A DNA stretch of 63,180 nucleotides, filler included. It is 5 parts of 5 records of this genome, joined end to end, with 100 filler letters (N's around TTAATTAATTAA, not from the genome) between each part and the next. Parts side by side here need not be neighbours in the genome. Positions count along the whole stretch, not along the records: positions 1 to 17,606 come from SRR2962707_2579; positions 17,707 to 38,277 come from SRR2962707_2580; 3 more parts are not named here. One strand, given 5' to 3'. Numbering within the stretch: position 1 is the first letter of the stretch; each line of letters opens with the position of its first letter. The notes under the pieces were generated by a model. The model did not search any database, was not told the DNA's origin, and saw only the letters and a program-made list of their open reading frames with translations. Shown one piece after another: positions 7,391 through 18,734 of the stretch. The position numbers and the translations under genes are program-made.

Positions 7391-7620
7391 ATTCGTATGT
7401 CCCCTGAAATGATGAAAAGCGATAGCTAATTACCACGGCGATCCAATGGCTTCAATTCGCCAACGCGCTATTGCCGCCCCCTTCCCCGTTCCCTAATATG
7501 CCGCCGCCATTGGGATGTGCCAATTCAATGTATTTGGGTGGCAATGGGGTGGCGGTCCGGCATTTTGCCGACCACTTTGATGTAAACGCAGACACAACGA
7601 AGATACTGGGAATTTTAGGC

Positions 7621-9528
7621 ATGCTCCAAGCGATCCGCAGCAAAACGGCATCCATCGTCGTCAAGGCCCTGGCCGGGCTTCTGATCATCAGCTTTGCCGC
7701 ATGGGGCATTCAGGACATCCTCGTCACCAGGGCGTCTGAACTGAGCGTAGCCAGTGTTGGCGATCATGACATTGATCCGGTTGAATTCGATTATGAACTG
7801 AGCCGTGAAACCCAGCGTCTGCGCCAGAGCTTCGGCGGCAGTCTGACGGAGGAACAGCTTGTCGGTCTCGGGATCGGCAATGCCGTCCTGCAGCGTATGA
7901 TCAACGATGCCGCACTTGCCGAAAAGGCCGAGAGCCTCGGCATTCTGGTGTCGGACGAACAGGTGACACGCGCCATTCACAATGACGCCGCATTCCACGG
8001 GTTCGACGGCAAGTTCAGCCGCAACCGGTTCAATGAAGTGATGCGGGCGAACGGATTTCCCGAGCAGGTCTATATCGAACGTGTGCGGGCGGATATCGCC
8101 TTGCGCCAACTGGTGGGTGCCGTTGATCATTCCCCTGCCGCACCGAAGAAAATGACCGAGATGCTGCGCTCCTTCCGTTTTGAAAAACGAACCGCCGAGA
8201 CACTGTTGATCTCGGCCAGCGACCAGGCCGATCCCGGTACGCCGACGGAAGAGCAGATAAAGGAAGTCTATGACGAACAGTCGCAGCGCTTCACGGCACC
8301 GGAATACCGGAAGATCACGTATGTGCACCTTGATCCGAAACTGCTGATGGATGACGTCGCTGCCACGCCCGAGGAATTGCAGGCAGCCTATGACGCCAAT
8401 GCGCAATCGTTCATCAAGCCGGAACAGCGGACCATCCAGCAGATCGTCTTGACGGATGAAGCGAAAGCAACGGAAGCCGCGCAGATGTTGCTTCAGGGCC
8501 AGGACTTCATGAAGGTGGCGACCGACTTTGCGGAAATGGAACCGGCGGCTGTCAACCTGGGGTCGGTGACCCGTGAAGGCCTGCTGCCCGATCTGGCAGC
8601 GGCAGCCTTTGAACTGGATAGCGGCTCCATTGCCGGTCCGATCAAGTCCCCGCTCGGCTGGCATATTCTCAAAGTCACCGAAATTGACAAGGGCTTTACC
8701 AAGGCCCTGGACGAGGTGCGCGATCAATTGGCGGAAATCGTTAAACGCGAGCACGCGATTGATGGTCTTTATGACCTGTCGACCCGCTTCGAAGATCAGA
8801 TCGGCGGCGGCGCCACGCTCGAGGAAGCCGGCGCCAGTGTCGGTTCGCCCGCGGTTACCATCGAGGCCGTAGATCGTGAAGGTAAAGCACCCAGTGGCGC
8901 AGCCGCTGCCGGACTGCCCGAGCTTGCAAGCCTCCTGCCGGTGGCCTTTGCCGCTGAACAGGGGATCGAGAGCGAGCTGACTGAAGCCGGCGACAAAGGC
9001 TTCTTCATGGTTCGTGTCGACAACGTTATCGCCCCTGCCCTGAGACCACTCGCCGATGTGCGTGACGAGGTTGTTGCCGCGTGGAAAGAACAGCAGCGGA
9101 TCAAGAGCGCCGAAGCACAGGCAAAGGAATTGGCGCAACTTGTTAACGGCGGGACGGATTTCAAAACACTGGCAGGTATCGTCCCGGCATCGATTGAAGC
9201 CGTTGGCCCGATCACCAGGGCTGATCGGGAAAAAGCATCAAGCTCCGTGATCGCCAAGGTATTCGAATTGCAGCCGAATAAGGCCGACATTGCCCGAATT
9301 GGTGATGATTATGTGGTTGTTCATCTGCTTGAAGTCATTTCTCCGACTTCCGGTGAGGAAACCATGAGCCTCAGTGAAATGGATGGCTTGCTGGATCAGG
9401 ATGTCGGACGTGATCTTTCTGCCCAGTTGATCGAGGCGATGCGAAGCGAACTTGGCGTCGAAATCAACCAGCGTGTTTTCAATGCAGTGATCAAACCTGG
9501 CCGATTTGATCCGAACCAGCCGCTCTGA
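7621..9528 (+). CDS. ppiD: PpiD/SurA-type periplasmic chaperone with parvulin domain
   Basis: N-terminal anchor LLIISFAAWGI, SurA-N region, parvulin motif PIKSPLGWHILKV; tpiA-ppiD-trpE synteny. Confidence 0.88.
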   Translation: MLQAIRSKTASIVVKALAGLLIISFAAWGIQDILVTRASELSVASVGDHDIDPVEFDYELSRETQRLRQSFGGSLTEEQLVGLGIGNAVLQRMINDAALAEKAESLGILVSDEQVTRAIHNDAAFHGFDGKFSRNRFNEVMRANGFPEQVYIERVRADIALRQLVGAVDHSPAAPKKMTEMLRSFRFEKRTAETLLISASDQADPGTPTEEQIKEVYDEQSQRFTAPEYRKITYVHLDPKLLMDDVAATPEELQAAYDANAQSFIKPEQRTIQQIVLTDEAKATEAAQMLLQGQDFMKVATDFAEMEPAAVNLGSVTREGLLPDLAAAAFELDSGSIAGPIKSPLGWHILKVTEIDKGFTKALDEVRDQLAEIVKREHAIDGLYDLSTRFEDQIGGGATLEEAGASVGSPAVTIEAVDREGKAPSGAAAAGLPELASLLPVAFAAEQGIESELTEAGDKGFFMVRVDNVIAPALRPLADVRDEVVAAWKEQQRIKSAEAQAKELAQLVNGGTDFKTLAGIVPASIEAVGPITRADREKASSSVIAKVFELQPNKADIARIGDDYVVVHLLEVISPTSGEETMSLSEMDGLLDQDVGRDLSAQLIEAMRSELGVEINQRVFNAVIKPGRFDPNQPL

Positions 9529-9541
9529 CAGGGACGGCACA

Positions 9542-11053
9542 ATGAAAATTCAGCCCGATTATGATGGCTTCCGCGAGCTTTATGAGAGCGGTAAGACGCA
9601 GGTTCTATGGTCCGAGATCGTCGCCGATCTGGAGACGCCGGTATCAGCCATGCTCAAGCTGGCAGCAGAACGGCCCAACAGTTTCCTTCTGGAGTCCGTA
9701 GAAGGCGGCGCCATGCGGGGCCGCTATTCGATCATCGGGTTTGATCCGGATCTGATCTGGCGCTGTTTTCCGGATGGGGCCGAGATCAACCGCAACGCCC
9801 TCAGCGATCCCGAGAGCTTTTCACCCTGCCCGGTAGCTGAAAAGGACGGTGCGCTGGCGTCACTTCGTTCTCTCGTCAATGAGTGCCGGTTTGATGTCCC
9901 CGACCATCTGCCGCCGATGGCATCTGGACTGGTCGGGTATATGTCCTATGACATGGTACGGCTGGCCGAGCGCTTGCCGGATGACAACCCGGACACCATC
10001 GGCGTTCCAGACAGTATCTTCCTGCGCCCAACGGTTATGGCGATCTTTGATTCATTGAAGGATTCCGTCTTTATCATCACGCCGGTCTGGCCGGCCGATG
10101 GTGTCGATGCCGCGACGGCTTATGCCGCTGGCGAGGCCCGAATTGCAACGACGGTGGATAATCTGGCCCGTGATGTTTCCCTGCCCCGTGCCAGCAATGA
10201 AACCGAAGTCGTGCCGTTGGAACCGACGTCGAACATGACGCGTGAGGCTTTTCACGACGCCGTGCGAAAATGTGTTGAGTATATCAACGCGGGTGATGCT
10301 TTTCAGGTGGTGCCGTCACAGCGTTTCAGCGTGCCGTTCAAGCTGCCGCCGTTTGCGTTTTATCGCTCGTTGCGGCGCCTGAACCCCTCGCCGTATCTGT
10401 ATTTCCTGAATTTCGGTGATTTCCAGGTGGTCGGTTCCAGCCCGGAAATTCTGGTGCGTGTGCGTGACGGGCGGATTACGCTGCGTCCCCTTGCCGGAAC
10501 GCGAAAACGTGGCACGACAGCGGAAGAAGACAAGGCACTGGCAGAAGATCTGCTCAGCGATCCGAAGGAACTTGCCGAACATCTGATGCTTCTTGATCTC
10601 GGACGGAATGATGTCGGACGTGTCGCCAAGATCGGCACGGTCGCGCCGACGGAAAAATTCACCATCGAGTACTATTCGCACGTGATGCATATCTCGTCGA
10701 ACGTCGAAGGTGATCTGGCCGACGGCAAGGATGCCCTGGATGCCTTGTTTGCGGGGTTCCCGGCCGGGACCGTTTCCGGCGCACCGAAAATCCGGGCCAT
10801 GGAAATCATCGATGAGGTCGAACCCGCACGCCGGGGTGTCTATGCCGGATGCATCGGCTATTTCGGAGCCAATGGGGACATGGATTCCGCCATTGCGCTC
10901 AGAACCGGGGTTATCAAGGACGGAACACTGTATATTCAGGCCGGTGGCGGCGTCGTTGCCGACAGTGATCCCGAATTCGAGTTTCAGGAGTCCGTCAATA
11001 AAGCCCGTGCCCTTGTGCGGGCCGCCGAGGATTCGGTGAAGTTCTCGGGCTGA
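9542..11053 (+). CDS. trpE: Anthranilate synthase component I
   Basis: FLLESVEGG, NPSPY, GSSPE, EHLMLLDLGRND, FPAGTVSGAPKIRAMEII. Confidence 0.97.
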   Translation: MKIQPDYDGFRELYESGKTQVLWSEIVADLETPVSAMLKLAAERPNSFLLESVEGGAMRGRYSIIGFDPDLIWRCFPDGAEINRNALSDPESFSPCPVAEKDGALASLRSLVNECRFDVPDHLPPMASGLVGYMSYDMVRLAERLPDDNPDTIGVPDSIFLRPTVMAIFDSLKDSVFIITPVWPADGVDAATAYAAGEARIATTVDNLARDVSLPRASNETEVVPLEPTSNMTREAFHDAVRKCVEYINAGDAFQVVPSQRFSVPFKLPPFAFYRSLRRLNPSPYLYFLNFGDFQVVGSSPEILVRVRDGRITLRPLAGTRKRGTTAEEDKALAEDLLSDPKELAEHLMLLDLGRNDVGRVAKIGTVAPTEKFTIEYYSHVMHISSNVEGDLADGKDALDALFAGFPAGTVSGAPKIRAMEIIDEVEPARRGVYAGCIGYFGANGDMDSAIALRTGVIKDGTLYIQAGGGVVADSDPEFEFQESVNKARALVRAAEDSVKFSG

Positions 11054-11056
11054 ACC

Positions 11057-12409
11057 TTATTTCTCGGCAATCCTGACTGCTGCTGAAATCGGCACAAGCT
11101 GGAATCCCTTGTCTTTCAGACTAGGTAACCAGTCCTTGAGCGCAGCGATGGTGTTGTCGCGCGGATGCCCGATGGCGATTGCGAGGCCTGTTTTGCGGGC
11201 AATCTGCTCGGTATGGCGCAGTTGCCGCTGGATTGCGTTCAGATCGTCTTCATGATCGAGAAAGACATTCCGTACGGCAAACGGAATGCCGCCGTCGCGG
11301 GCTTCGTCATGAGCCACGGATCGGCCTGACGTCACCGAGTCGAGAAAAAGATATCCCCTCGCCTTCAAAGCCGCGATGACGACTCTCATGCTTTCCGTAT
11401 CGGCGGTAAAGCGGCTGCCCATGTGGTTGTTGATACCCACGTAACCGCTCATCTGATCAAGATTCCAGTCGATGTTCTTTTGAAGCTCATCCTTGGGCAT
11501 GCCGCTGAGCAACACATTGGGCCCCGGGTTGATGGACGAAGAACTGGGTTCCATCGGTACGTGGAGCATCAGTTCATGGCCGGACTTGCGGGCCTTTTCA
11601 GCCTGTTTCGGCAAATCTTCAGCATAGGCCATGAATGACAGGGTCAATGGCCCCGGCAGCTCGATGGTGCGCCGAGCACGGCGTTTGTCGAGACCGAGGT
11701 CGTCAATCACGATCACAATTTCAGGTTTGCCGCTATGCTGGACCGGCAAGGCATAGCGTTGCCAGGCTGGCAGCTGATCGCCGAGGGTCTTTTGTAGTTC
11801 GGCAAGGTTTTTCGGCATTGCCGGAATTGGACGAGGATCCGGCAACCTGGCTGTTTCAACCGGTTTGCTGGTCTTATCGTCAGTACTGTCCAGGTTTGGC
11901 TCGGCGGGTGTGTTGAGATCCTTGTTGGTATCTTCCTTTCCAGCCGATTCCTGATTCTTTTCCGTTAAGTCCGTAATGGTTTCCGGCGTTGCAGGCGCTT
12001 CTTCCTTCTTGGTGGACGATGCTTCCTTGGCATGTGAACCGTTGCCAAGATCGATTTCCGCCTCGGGTTCAGGCAAGGCAATTCGTTTCAGGACACCGCC
12101 GCTTTCGATAATGATATCGCGCGGCAGAGATTCCTCGTATACTCCGCTGTGAGCGTCGGGGGGACGCTGTGCCTTGGAGGCTTTTTCCGGGGCTTCGGTC
12201 TTTTTCGGGGCGGGTGCAACCTCCTTGCCGAGGTAGTAACCACCGAAAATACCACCCAACGCCATAACGATCAGGATTGCCATGCGAATCGGAGTGAGAC
12301 CGATACTTTTGGCAATCGAGCTTTGCGGACGCGGCCAGCCCGAGAGCTTCCCGTGTCTGGATGACGGATTTTTTGTGGGTTCTGCGGCCACGCGGCGTTT
12401 CCGTTGCAT
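11057..12409 (-). CDS. Divergent polysaccharide deacetylase family protein (YibQ-like); start uncertain
   Basis: IVIDDLG, LMLHVPMEP, GINNHMGSRFT, FLDS, AIGHP; N-terminal TM plus acidic linker. Confidence 0.9.
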   Translation of the reverse strand: MQRKRRVAAEPTKNPSSRHGKLSGWPRPQSSIAKSIGLTPIRMAILIVMALGGIFGGYYLGKEVAPAPKKTEAPEKASKAQRPPDAHSGVYEESLPRDIIIESGGVLKRIALPEPEAEIDLGNGSHAKEASSTKKEEAPATPETITDLTEKNQESAGKEDTNKDLNTPAEPNLDSTDDKTSKPVETARLPDPRPIPAMPKNLAELQKTLGDQLPAWQRYALPVQHSGKPEIVIVIDDLGLDKRRARRTIELPGPLTLSFMAYAEDLPKQAEKARKSGHELMLHVPMEPSSSSINPGPNVLLSGMPKDELQKNIDWNLDQMSGYVGINNHMGSRFTADTESMRVVIAALKARGYLFLDSVTSGRSVAHDEARDGGIPFAVRNVFLDHEDDLNAIQRQLRHTEQIARKTGLAIAIGHPRDNTIAALKDWLPSLKDKGFQLVPISAAVRIAEK

Positions 12410-12570
12410 TGGGAAAAGTAACGCAGTTGCCTAAAGCACTGCTGGCAGTGGGTCAATCGTCTGAATGGTTAAAAAAACGCTATAAGTCAGTATAATCATT
12501 CACACTGTCAGGTTTCGTTCAGGCCTGGTGCGTATATGGAAGACAGTTGAGCTCTACGAGGGAAGAGAAG

Positions 12571-13059
12571 ATGAAGTCCTACGATCTTAGCAAGCTGAAT
12601 ATTCTGGTACTTGAGAAGCATTTGCTTGTTCGCAAGATTCTCACGGATGTTTTCACTGAGTTTGGCGTTGCCACCGTTTTCTCTACGCCCGACCCTCGGG
12701 AAGCCTACAAATATTTTTGTGATAATGCGCCGGACATCGTGCTGTGCGACTGGACGCCGGATCTCGACGGTATGGCTTTTCTGCGTCAGATCCGTCAGGC
12801 GATGGATACGCCGAATCCCTATGCACCGATCGTTGTCGTCACTGCGAACACGGAATTACGCCATGTCTGTTTTGCCCGTGATAACGGCATGACTGAATTT
12901 CTTGCCAAGCCGATCTCGGCAAAGACCATTTATTCGCGTCTCTGCAGTGTGATCGAGAACCCGCGGCCGTTCATTCGCGTTGGCGATTTCTTTGGCCCCG
13001 ACCGCCGCCGCCGCGCATCTCACAATCATGGTCACGTAGAGCGCCGCCGCGCCGTCTAG
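12571..13059 (+). CDS. Single-domain response regulator with GPDRRR tail
   Basis: Receiver fold (DIVLCDW, DG, FLAKP) with C-terminal RPF...FGPDRRRR, common in alphaproteobacteria. Confidence 0.85.
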   Translation: MKSYDLSKLNILVLEKHLLVRKILTDVFTEFGVATVFSTPDPREAYKYFCDNAPDIVLCDWTPDLDGMAFLRQIRQAMDTPNPYAPIVVVTANTELRHVCFARDNGMTEFLAKPISAKTIYSRLCSVIENPRPFIRVGDFFGPDRRRRASHNHGHVERRRAV

Positions 13060-13174
13060 GTTTATTCTTGATGACCTAACGCTTTGAGATAACTTGGCCC
13101 TTTCAGGGCCGGTTGTCTTGACCCCTGTGGGTTTGCGATGCAATCTGCGCCTTCGTTTTGGGTGGGGTCGGACC

Positions 13175-13762
13175 ATGTTTCTGCTGATCGATAATTACGA
13201 CAGTTTTACCTACAACCTGCTGCATTATCTGGGCGAGTTGGGAGCGGAAGTCGTTGTGCGCCGGAATGACGAGATTACCGTCGATCAGGCCATGACATCC
13301 GGTGCTGAAGGCTTCGTCATTTCACCGGGGCCGTGCGATCCGGACAAGGCAGGTATCTGTCTTGATCTTGTCGCCGCCGCCGCCGAGCGTCAGGTGCCTG
13401 TATTCGGTGTCTGCCTTGGGTTTCAGGCCATTGGTCAGGCTTTTGGCGGTAAGATCGTCCGGGCCCCGAAACCGATGCACGGCAAGATGTCATCGATTAC
13501 CCATGATGGGACCGGCGTTTTCCGCGGTCTGCCCTCGCCGATCGAGGCAACGCGTTACCATTCGCTGGCCATCGATCCAGAAACGCTGCCCAACAGCCTG
13601 ATTGCCATCGCGCACAGCGAAGACGGTGCGATTCAGGGTATACGCCACGCCGCACTGCCGATCCATGGCGTGCAGTTCCACCCGGAAAGCATCGCCTCCG
13701 AACACGGGCACGATATTCTCAGGAACTTCATCGACATGACTCGCGATAAGGCGGCTGCCTGA
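13175..13762 (+). CDS. trpG: Anthranilate synthase component II (glutamine amidotransferase)
   Basis: [34 protein letters not shown]. Confidence 0.96.
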   Translation: MFLLIDNYDSFTYNLLHYLGELGAEVVVRRNDEITVDQAMTSGAEGFVISPGPCDPDKAGICLDLVAAAAERQVPVFGVCLGFQAIGQAFGGKIVRAPKPMHGKMSSITHDGTGVFRGLPSPIEATRYHSLAIDPETLPNSLIAIAHSEDGAIQGIRHAALPIHGVQFHPESIASEHGHDILRNFIDMTRDKAAA

Positions 13763-14778
13763 TGAGCGATGCCATGAAACCAGTCCTTAACAAGGTCGCT
13801 GCCGGCGAGAGCCTTGATGCCGGTGAAGCGGAAGCCGCTTTTGGAATTATCATGTCCGGTGAAGCAACGCCGGCGCAGATCGCCGGGTTGCTGATGGCGC
13901 TACGTGTACGTGGTGAAACCGTCGATGAAATCACCGGTGCTGTGCGCACCATGCGTGCCAAGATGACCACGATCCAGGCCCCGGAAAATGCCATGGACGT
14001 GGTCGGAACCGGTGGTGACGCTTCAGGAACTTACAATATATCGACCGGTGCGGCGTTCGTGGTCGCCGGTGCAGGGATCCCCGTTGCCAAGCATGGCAAC
14101 CGCGCACTGTCTTCGAAATCCGGTGCTGCCGATGTTTTGTCGTCGCTGGGTGTCAATCTGGACGCCGAATTCCCGGTCATTGAAAAAGCCATTGCCGAAG
14201 CCGGTATCGGTTTTCTGATGGCCCCACGCCACCACAGCGCCATGCGTTTCGTTGGTCCTGTTCGTGTCGAGATGGGGGTGCGGACGATATTCAATGTGCT
14301 CGGCCCGCTGTCCAACCCGGCGAACGTCAAACGCCAGTTTACCGGCGTTTTTTCCAAAGATTGGCTGCGGCCGATGACGGAAACGCTGGCCAATCTGGGC
14401 TGTGAAGCCGCATGGGTCGTTCACGGTGCCGATGGTCTGGATGAACTTTCGACGACCGGTCCGAGCTATGTCTGCCAGCTTGCAGACGGTAAAATCACCC
14501 AATTCGAGGTTTCGCCCGCAGATGCCGGATTGCCGACGGTATCGCCCGAAGACCTGAAAGGTGGCGATCCCGAAGCGAACGCAGAAGCCATCCGCGAGCT
14601 TCTGGCCGGTGTGTCCGGCCCCTATCGCGACATCGTGCTGTATAATGCCGCCGCATCGCTGATCGTGGCCGGTGCGGCCCGTGATCTGAAGGACGGTGTG
14701 GCAATGGCGGCGAAGTCCATTGATGATGGTGCGGCGCGTGCCGCGCTGGACAAGCTTGTTGCGATCACGAATTCCTGA
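13762..14778 (+). CDS. trpD: Anthranilate phosphoribosyltransferase
   Basis: [28 protein letters not shown]. Confidence 0.97.
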   Translation: MSDAMKPVLNKVAAGESLDAGEAEAAFGIIMSGEATPAQIAGLLMALRVRGETVDEITGAVRTMRAKMTTIQAPENAMDVVGTGGDASGTYNISTGAAFVVAGAGIPVAKHGNRALSSKSGAADVLSSLGVNLDAEFPVIEKAIAEAGIGFLMAPRHHSAMRFVGPVRVEMGVRTIFNVLGPLSNPANVKRQFTGVFSKDWLRPMTETLANLGCEAAWVVHGADGLDELSTTGPSYVCQLADGKITQFEVSPADAGLPTVSPEDLKGGDPEANAEAIRELLAGVSGPYRDIVLYNAAASLIVAGAARDLKDGVAMAAKSIDDGAARAALDKLVAITNS

Positions 14779-14801
14779 CGCGTTGAATTTTGGGACCCGA
14801 T

Positions 14802-15605
14802 ATGAGTGACGTTCTGTCAAAAATCTGTGCCGAAAAACGCGAGCATGTGGCCGCAAGCACGGCTGCGCGCAGCCTTTCAGATGTCGAAGCGGCTGCCCGT
14901 AAACAGGCACCGGCGCGTGGTTTTATCAATGCCCTGCGCACGAAAATGGATGCGGGCGGGTATGGGCTGATTGCGGAACTCAAGAAAGCATCCCCGTCCA
15001 AGGGACTTATTCGCGCGGATTTCGACCCCCCGTCCCTGGCCCGTGCATATGAAGCCGGTGGCGCGGCGTGCCTGAGTGTCCTGACAGACAAACCTTATTT
15101 TCAGGGTGATGATGCGTTTCTGATTGCCGCCAGGGATGCCGTGACACTGCCGGTCCTGCGCAAGGATTTCATGGTCGATACGTATCAGATACCGGAATCC
15201 CGCGCCCTCGGGGCAGATTGTATTTTGCTGATCATGGCCGCCCTATCCGATTCGGAAGCCGCTGAACTAGAAGCCTGCGCTGTCGAATACGGAATGGATG
15301 TTCTCGTCGAAGTGCACAATGCCGAAGAGCTTGAGCGTGCCTTGAAGCTGAAAACGCCCCTGCTCGGGATCAATAACCGGAACCTTAAGACTCTGGAAGT
15401 CGACATCGCCACGACCGAGGCCTTGTCGGCACTTGTTCCAGATGACCGTATCATGGTCTGCGAGAGTGGCCTGTTCACACGTGCCGATCTGGACCGTATG
15501 TCCCGTGTCGGCGCCCGGTGTTTCCTGATCGGCGAAAGCCTGATGCGGGAAAACGATGTGACGGCGGCGACCCGCGCCCTCCTCGATCCGGAAATGGCTG
15601 CTTAA
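14802..15605 (+). CDS. trpC: Indole-3-glycerol phosphate synthase
   Basis: [36 protein letters not shown]. Confidence 0.97.
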   Translation: MSDVLSKICAEKREHVAASTAARSLSDVEAAARKQAPARGFINALRTKMDAGGYGLIAELKKASPSKGLIRADFDPPSLARAYEAGGAACLSVLTDKPYFQGDDAFLIAARDAVTLPVLRKDFMVDTYQIPESRALGADCILLIMAALSDSEAAELEACAVEYGMDVLVEVHNAEELERALKLKTPLLGINNRNLKTLEVDIATTEALSALVPDDRIMVCESGLFTRADLDRMSRVGARCFLIGESLMRENDVTAATRALLDPEMAA

Positions 15606-16082
15606 ATGGCGGATTTCACCCATATCGACGCCGACGGGAACGCGGTCATGGTCGATGTATCCGACAAAGCGGATACGGAACGGATGGCTACCGCCAGAGG
15701 CAGCATCTATATGCAGGCGGAAACGCTCTCCAAAATCATGCAGGGCGGCGTCAAAAAAGGTGATGTGCTGTCGGTGGCACAGTTGGCCGGTATCATGGGG
15801 GCCAAGAAAACCCCGGACCTGATCCCGTTGTGTCATCCGCTGGCCTTGACGTCGGTTAGGGTCGACCTGGTTTGTGATCCGGAACGTAACGCTGTCGATA
15901 TAGAGGCAACCTGCAAACTCAAGGGGCAGACCGGCGTTGAAATGGAAGCGCTGACGGCCTGCTCTGTCGCTGCGCTGACGGTGTATGACATGTGCAAGGC
16001 CGTCGACCGGGGCATGCGTATTTCGGATATCCGCCTGACCCATAAATCCGGCGGCAAGTCCGGCACATTCGAGGCGCAATAG
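15606..16082 (+). CDS. moaC: Cyclic pyranopterin monophosphate synthase
   Basis: [37 protein letters not shown]. Confidence 0.97.
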   Translation: MADFTHIDADGNAVMVDVSDKADTERMATARGSIYMQAETLSKIMQGGVKKGDVLSVAQLAGIMGAKKTPDLIPLCHPLALTSVRVDLVCDPERNAVDIEATCKLKGQTGVEMEALTACSVAALTVYDMCKAVDRGMRISDIRLTHKSGGKSGTFEAQ

Positions 16083-17294
16083 ATGCTCAGCATCGAAGAT
16101 GCACTCGACAAAATCCGCAGTGGCATTACACCGCTCGCCACCGAGGAAATTTTCATAACCGATGCACTCGGCCGGGTGCTGGCCGAAGACGTCATCGCCA
16201 CCGTCAGCCATCCACCACAAGCGGTTTCCGCCATGGACGGCTATGCCGTGCGTGCCGAAGACGCGTCATCGGTGCCTGTCACCCTGACGCAGATTGGGGA
16301 AGCGGCAGCCGGGCACATTTTCGACGGACAAATCGGTCCCGGTGAGTGCACGCGCATCTTTACCGGCGGTGCCTTACCGAATGGTGCGGACAGCATAGTC
16401 ATTCAAGAAGACACCACCGCAGATGGAGACCAGATCACGATCAACGAAGCAGCATCCCCCGGAGAATGGGTGCGGCCCGAAGGTCTCGATTTCGCGGCCG
16501 GCAGGACATTGCTGGGGGCTGGGCGTGTCCTGAGCGCACGGGATATCGGCCTTGCCGCCGCTGCCGGTGCAACCTGGGTCCGGGTGCGCCGTAAGCCGCG
16601 CATCGCCGTACTGTCGACCGGTGACGAGATCGTCATGCCGGGCGCGCCCCGCCGACCTGATCAGATCGTCAGTTCCAATTCCGTCGCTCTTGTTGCGTAT
16701 GCCGAGGTCATGGGCGCCATCGGCACATCCATCGGCATTGCCGAGGATAAACCCGAAAGTCTGCGTGAGCGCCTCAAAGATGCCGCAGGTTTTGACATTC
16801 TGGTCACGTCCGGGGGTGCCAGTGTCGGCGATCACGACCTGGTGCAGTCGGTTTTCGGTGACGAAGGATTGGAACTCGGGTTCTACAAGATTGCCATGCG
16901 GCCCGGGAAACCTCTGATATTTGGCCGTATCGGCGAAACCTATCTGCTCGGTCTGCCCGGAAACCCCGTTTCTACCGGTGTGACTGCGGCCATTTTCCTG
17001 AAAGCAGCGATTGAGAGCATGCTGGGTTTTGCTTCAGCACCGCTGTATCAGGCAGCCCGGCTTGGCCGTGATCTGAAAGCCAACGGCAAACGGCTCGATT
17101 TCATGCGCGCAAGCCTGACACCGAGCGAGGACGATTTGCCGACGGCTACCCCCTTTGAACGTCAGGACAGTTCCATGATGGCTCTGTTTGCTGATGCGGA
17201 CTGTCTTATCATGCGTGAGATCGGCGCACCGGAAGCCAAGGCCGGGGATGTCGTCAAGATCGTGCCGCTCGGCATTTCATTGTCGAAATTCTAG
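16083..17294 (+). CDS. moeA: Molybdopterin molybdotransferase
   Basis: SAMDGYA, RIFTG, STGDE, SGGASVG, MRPGKP, GLPGNPVS. Confidence 0.96.
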   Translation: MLSIEDALDKIRSGITPLATEEIFITDALGRVLAEDVIATVSHPPQAVSAMDGYAVRAEDASSVPVTLTQIGEAAAGHIFDGQIGPGECTRIFTGGALPNGADSIVIQEDTTADGDQITINEAASPGEWVRPEGLDFAAGRTLLGAGRVLSARDIGLAAAAGATWVRVRRKPRIAVLSTGDEIVMPGAPRRPDQIVSSNSVALVAYAEVMGAIGTSIGIAEDKPESLRERLKDAAGFDILVTSGGASVGDHDLVQSVFGDEGLELGFYKIAMRPGKPLIFGRIGETYLLGLPGNPVSTGVTAAIFLKAAIESMLGFASAPLYQAARLGRDLKANGKRLDFMRASLTPSEDDLPTATPFERQDSSMMALFADADCLIMREIGAPEAKAGDVVKIVPLGISLSKF

Positions 17295-17324
17295 GCTTAA
17301 TCGCAATTTCGGGCGTTTAACCTG

Positions 17325-17379
17325 TTGACAGAAAATGAGAACCTAAGTAGAACAATTACCAATTGTTTTTCTTTTGTTC
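17325..17379 (+). promoter_or_regulatory. lexA promoter with alphaproteobacterial SOS boxes
   Basis: TTGACA (17325)-N17-TAGAAC (17348); GAAC-N7-GAAC at 17339-17353; degenerate GTTT-N7-GTTC at 17365-17379. Confidence 0.85.
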
Positions 17380-17438
17380 CACTTCTGATCCCTGGATGAT
17401 CTCTAAATCTTGGGTGTCGGCTGGCCGGGAGCCGCTAA

Positions 17439-17606
17439 ATGCTCACACGAAAACAGTACGAGCTGTTGATGTTTATCGATGAGTCACTGAAGAACAACGG
17501 TGTCTCCCCCTCATTCGATGAAATGAAGGCTGCACTCGGGCTGAAATCGAAGTCGGGCATTCACCGCCTGATCACCGGGCTTGAGGAACGCGGGTTTATC
17601 CGCCGC
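17439..17606 (+). CDS. lexA: LexA repressor, N-terminal part (contig end)
   Basis: [10 protein letters not shown]...[32 protein letters not shown]. Confidence 0.96.
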
Positions 17607-17706
17607 NNNNNNNNNNNNNNNNNNNNNNNNNNNNNNNNNNNNNNNNNNNNTTAATTAATTAANNNNNNNNNNNNNNNNNNNNNNNNNNNNNNNNNNNNNN
17701 NNNNNN
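17607..17706. other. Artificial contig linker
   Basis: N44-TTAATTAATTAA-N44; the core gives stops in all six frames. Confidence 0.98.
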
Positions 17707-18709
17707 GTCCAAGTCCCTGGGCAACGTGATCGCGCCCCAGGAAGTGATGAACGAGCTGGGTGCCGATATCCTGCGTCTATGGGTGTCCGCGACCGACTAC
17801 AGCGGTGAAATGACGGTTTCCAAGGACATCCTCAAGCAGACTGCGGACGGTTATCGTCGTATCCGGAATACCGCTCGCTTCCTGCTCAGCAACCTCACCG
17901 GTTTCGATCCGGAGCAGCATGCCGTTGCGCCAGAGGATATGATCGCGCTGGACCGCTGGATGGTCGACAAGGCCCTGCAGCTGCAGACGGAGCTGCATGA
18001 GGATTACCAGAATTACGCGTTCCTGCGCATCTACCAGAAGGTGTACAACTTCTGCGAGGCCACCCTGGGCGGGTTCTATCTGGATATTATCAAGGACCGG
18101 CAATACACCACTCAGGCCGACAGCCGCGAGCGTCGCTCCTGTCAGACGGCCCTGTTCCATGTGGCAGAAGCGCTGGTGCGTTGGATTGCGCCGATCCTGA
18201 GTTTCACGGCCGATGAAATCTGGCAGCACCTGCCCGGTAAGCGTGGCGATACCGTGTTCTACGAAACCTGGTACGAAGGCCTGACAGCACTGCCGGGCGA
18301 CGCCGAACTGGGCCGTGATTACTGGAGCCGTATTTACAGCGTTAAAGAAGCGGTGAATAAGTGCCTGGAAGAGGTTCGTGGCAGGGGAGAAATCAAAGGT
18401 TCCCTCAGTGCGGAAGTGACTCTCTACTGCGAAGGCGACCTTGCCAAGGATCTGCAGTACCTTGGTGAAGAGTTACGCTTTGTGCTGATTACTTCGGAAG
18501 CCACGGTAGCACCGGTGTCTGACGCCGGCGACGCGGAGCCGACGTCCCACGAGGGATTGCTTGTAAAAGTAAACCCCGCCGGACACGCCAAGTGTGAACG
18601 CTGCTGGCATCATCGGGCCGATGTCGGTCAGAGTGAGCAGTATGGCGACCTGTGTGGTCGTTGTGTGACCAACGTGGAAGGGCAGGGCGAGTCCCGCTCG
18701 TTCGCCTGA
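17707..18709 (+). CDS. ileS: Isoleucyl-tRNA synthetase, C-terminal part
   Basis: Starts within (KM)[29 protein letters not shown], zinc finger KCERCW...CGRC. Confidence 0.97.
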
Positions 18710-18734
18710 TGGACGTCGCCTTGTGGAAAGCGTA

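Noticed and set aside
7615-9138. Long antisense ORFs (507 aa here; also 14023-14910, 15267-16220, 56268-57416, 57956-59134 and others)
   Set aside because: Shadow frames opposite well-supported genes in high-GC DNA, with no recognisable motifs.
17651-17662. TTAATTAATTAA repeated four times in the window as a biological repeat
   Set aside because: It is always centred in N-runs at contig joins and is a synthetic six-frame-stop linker.
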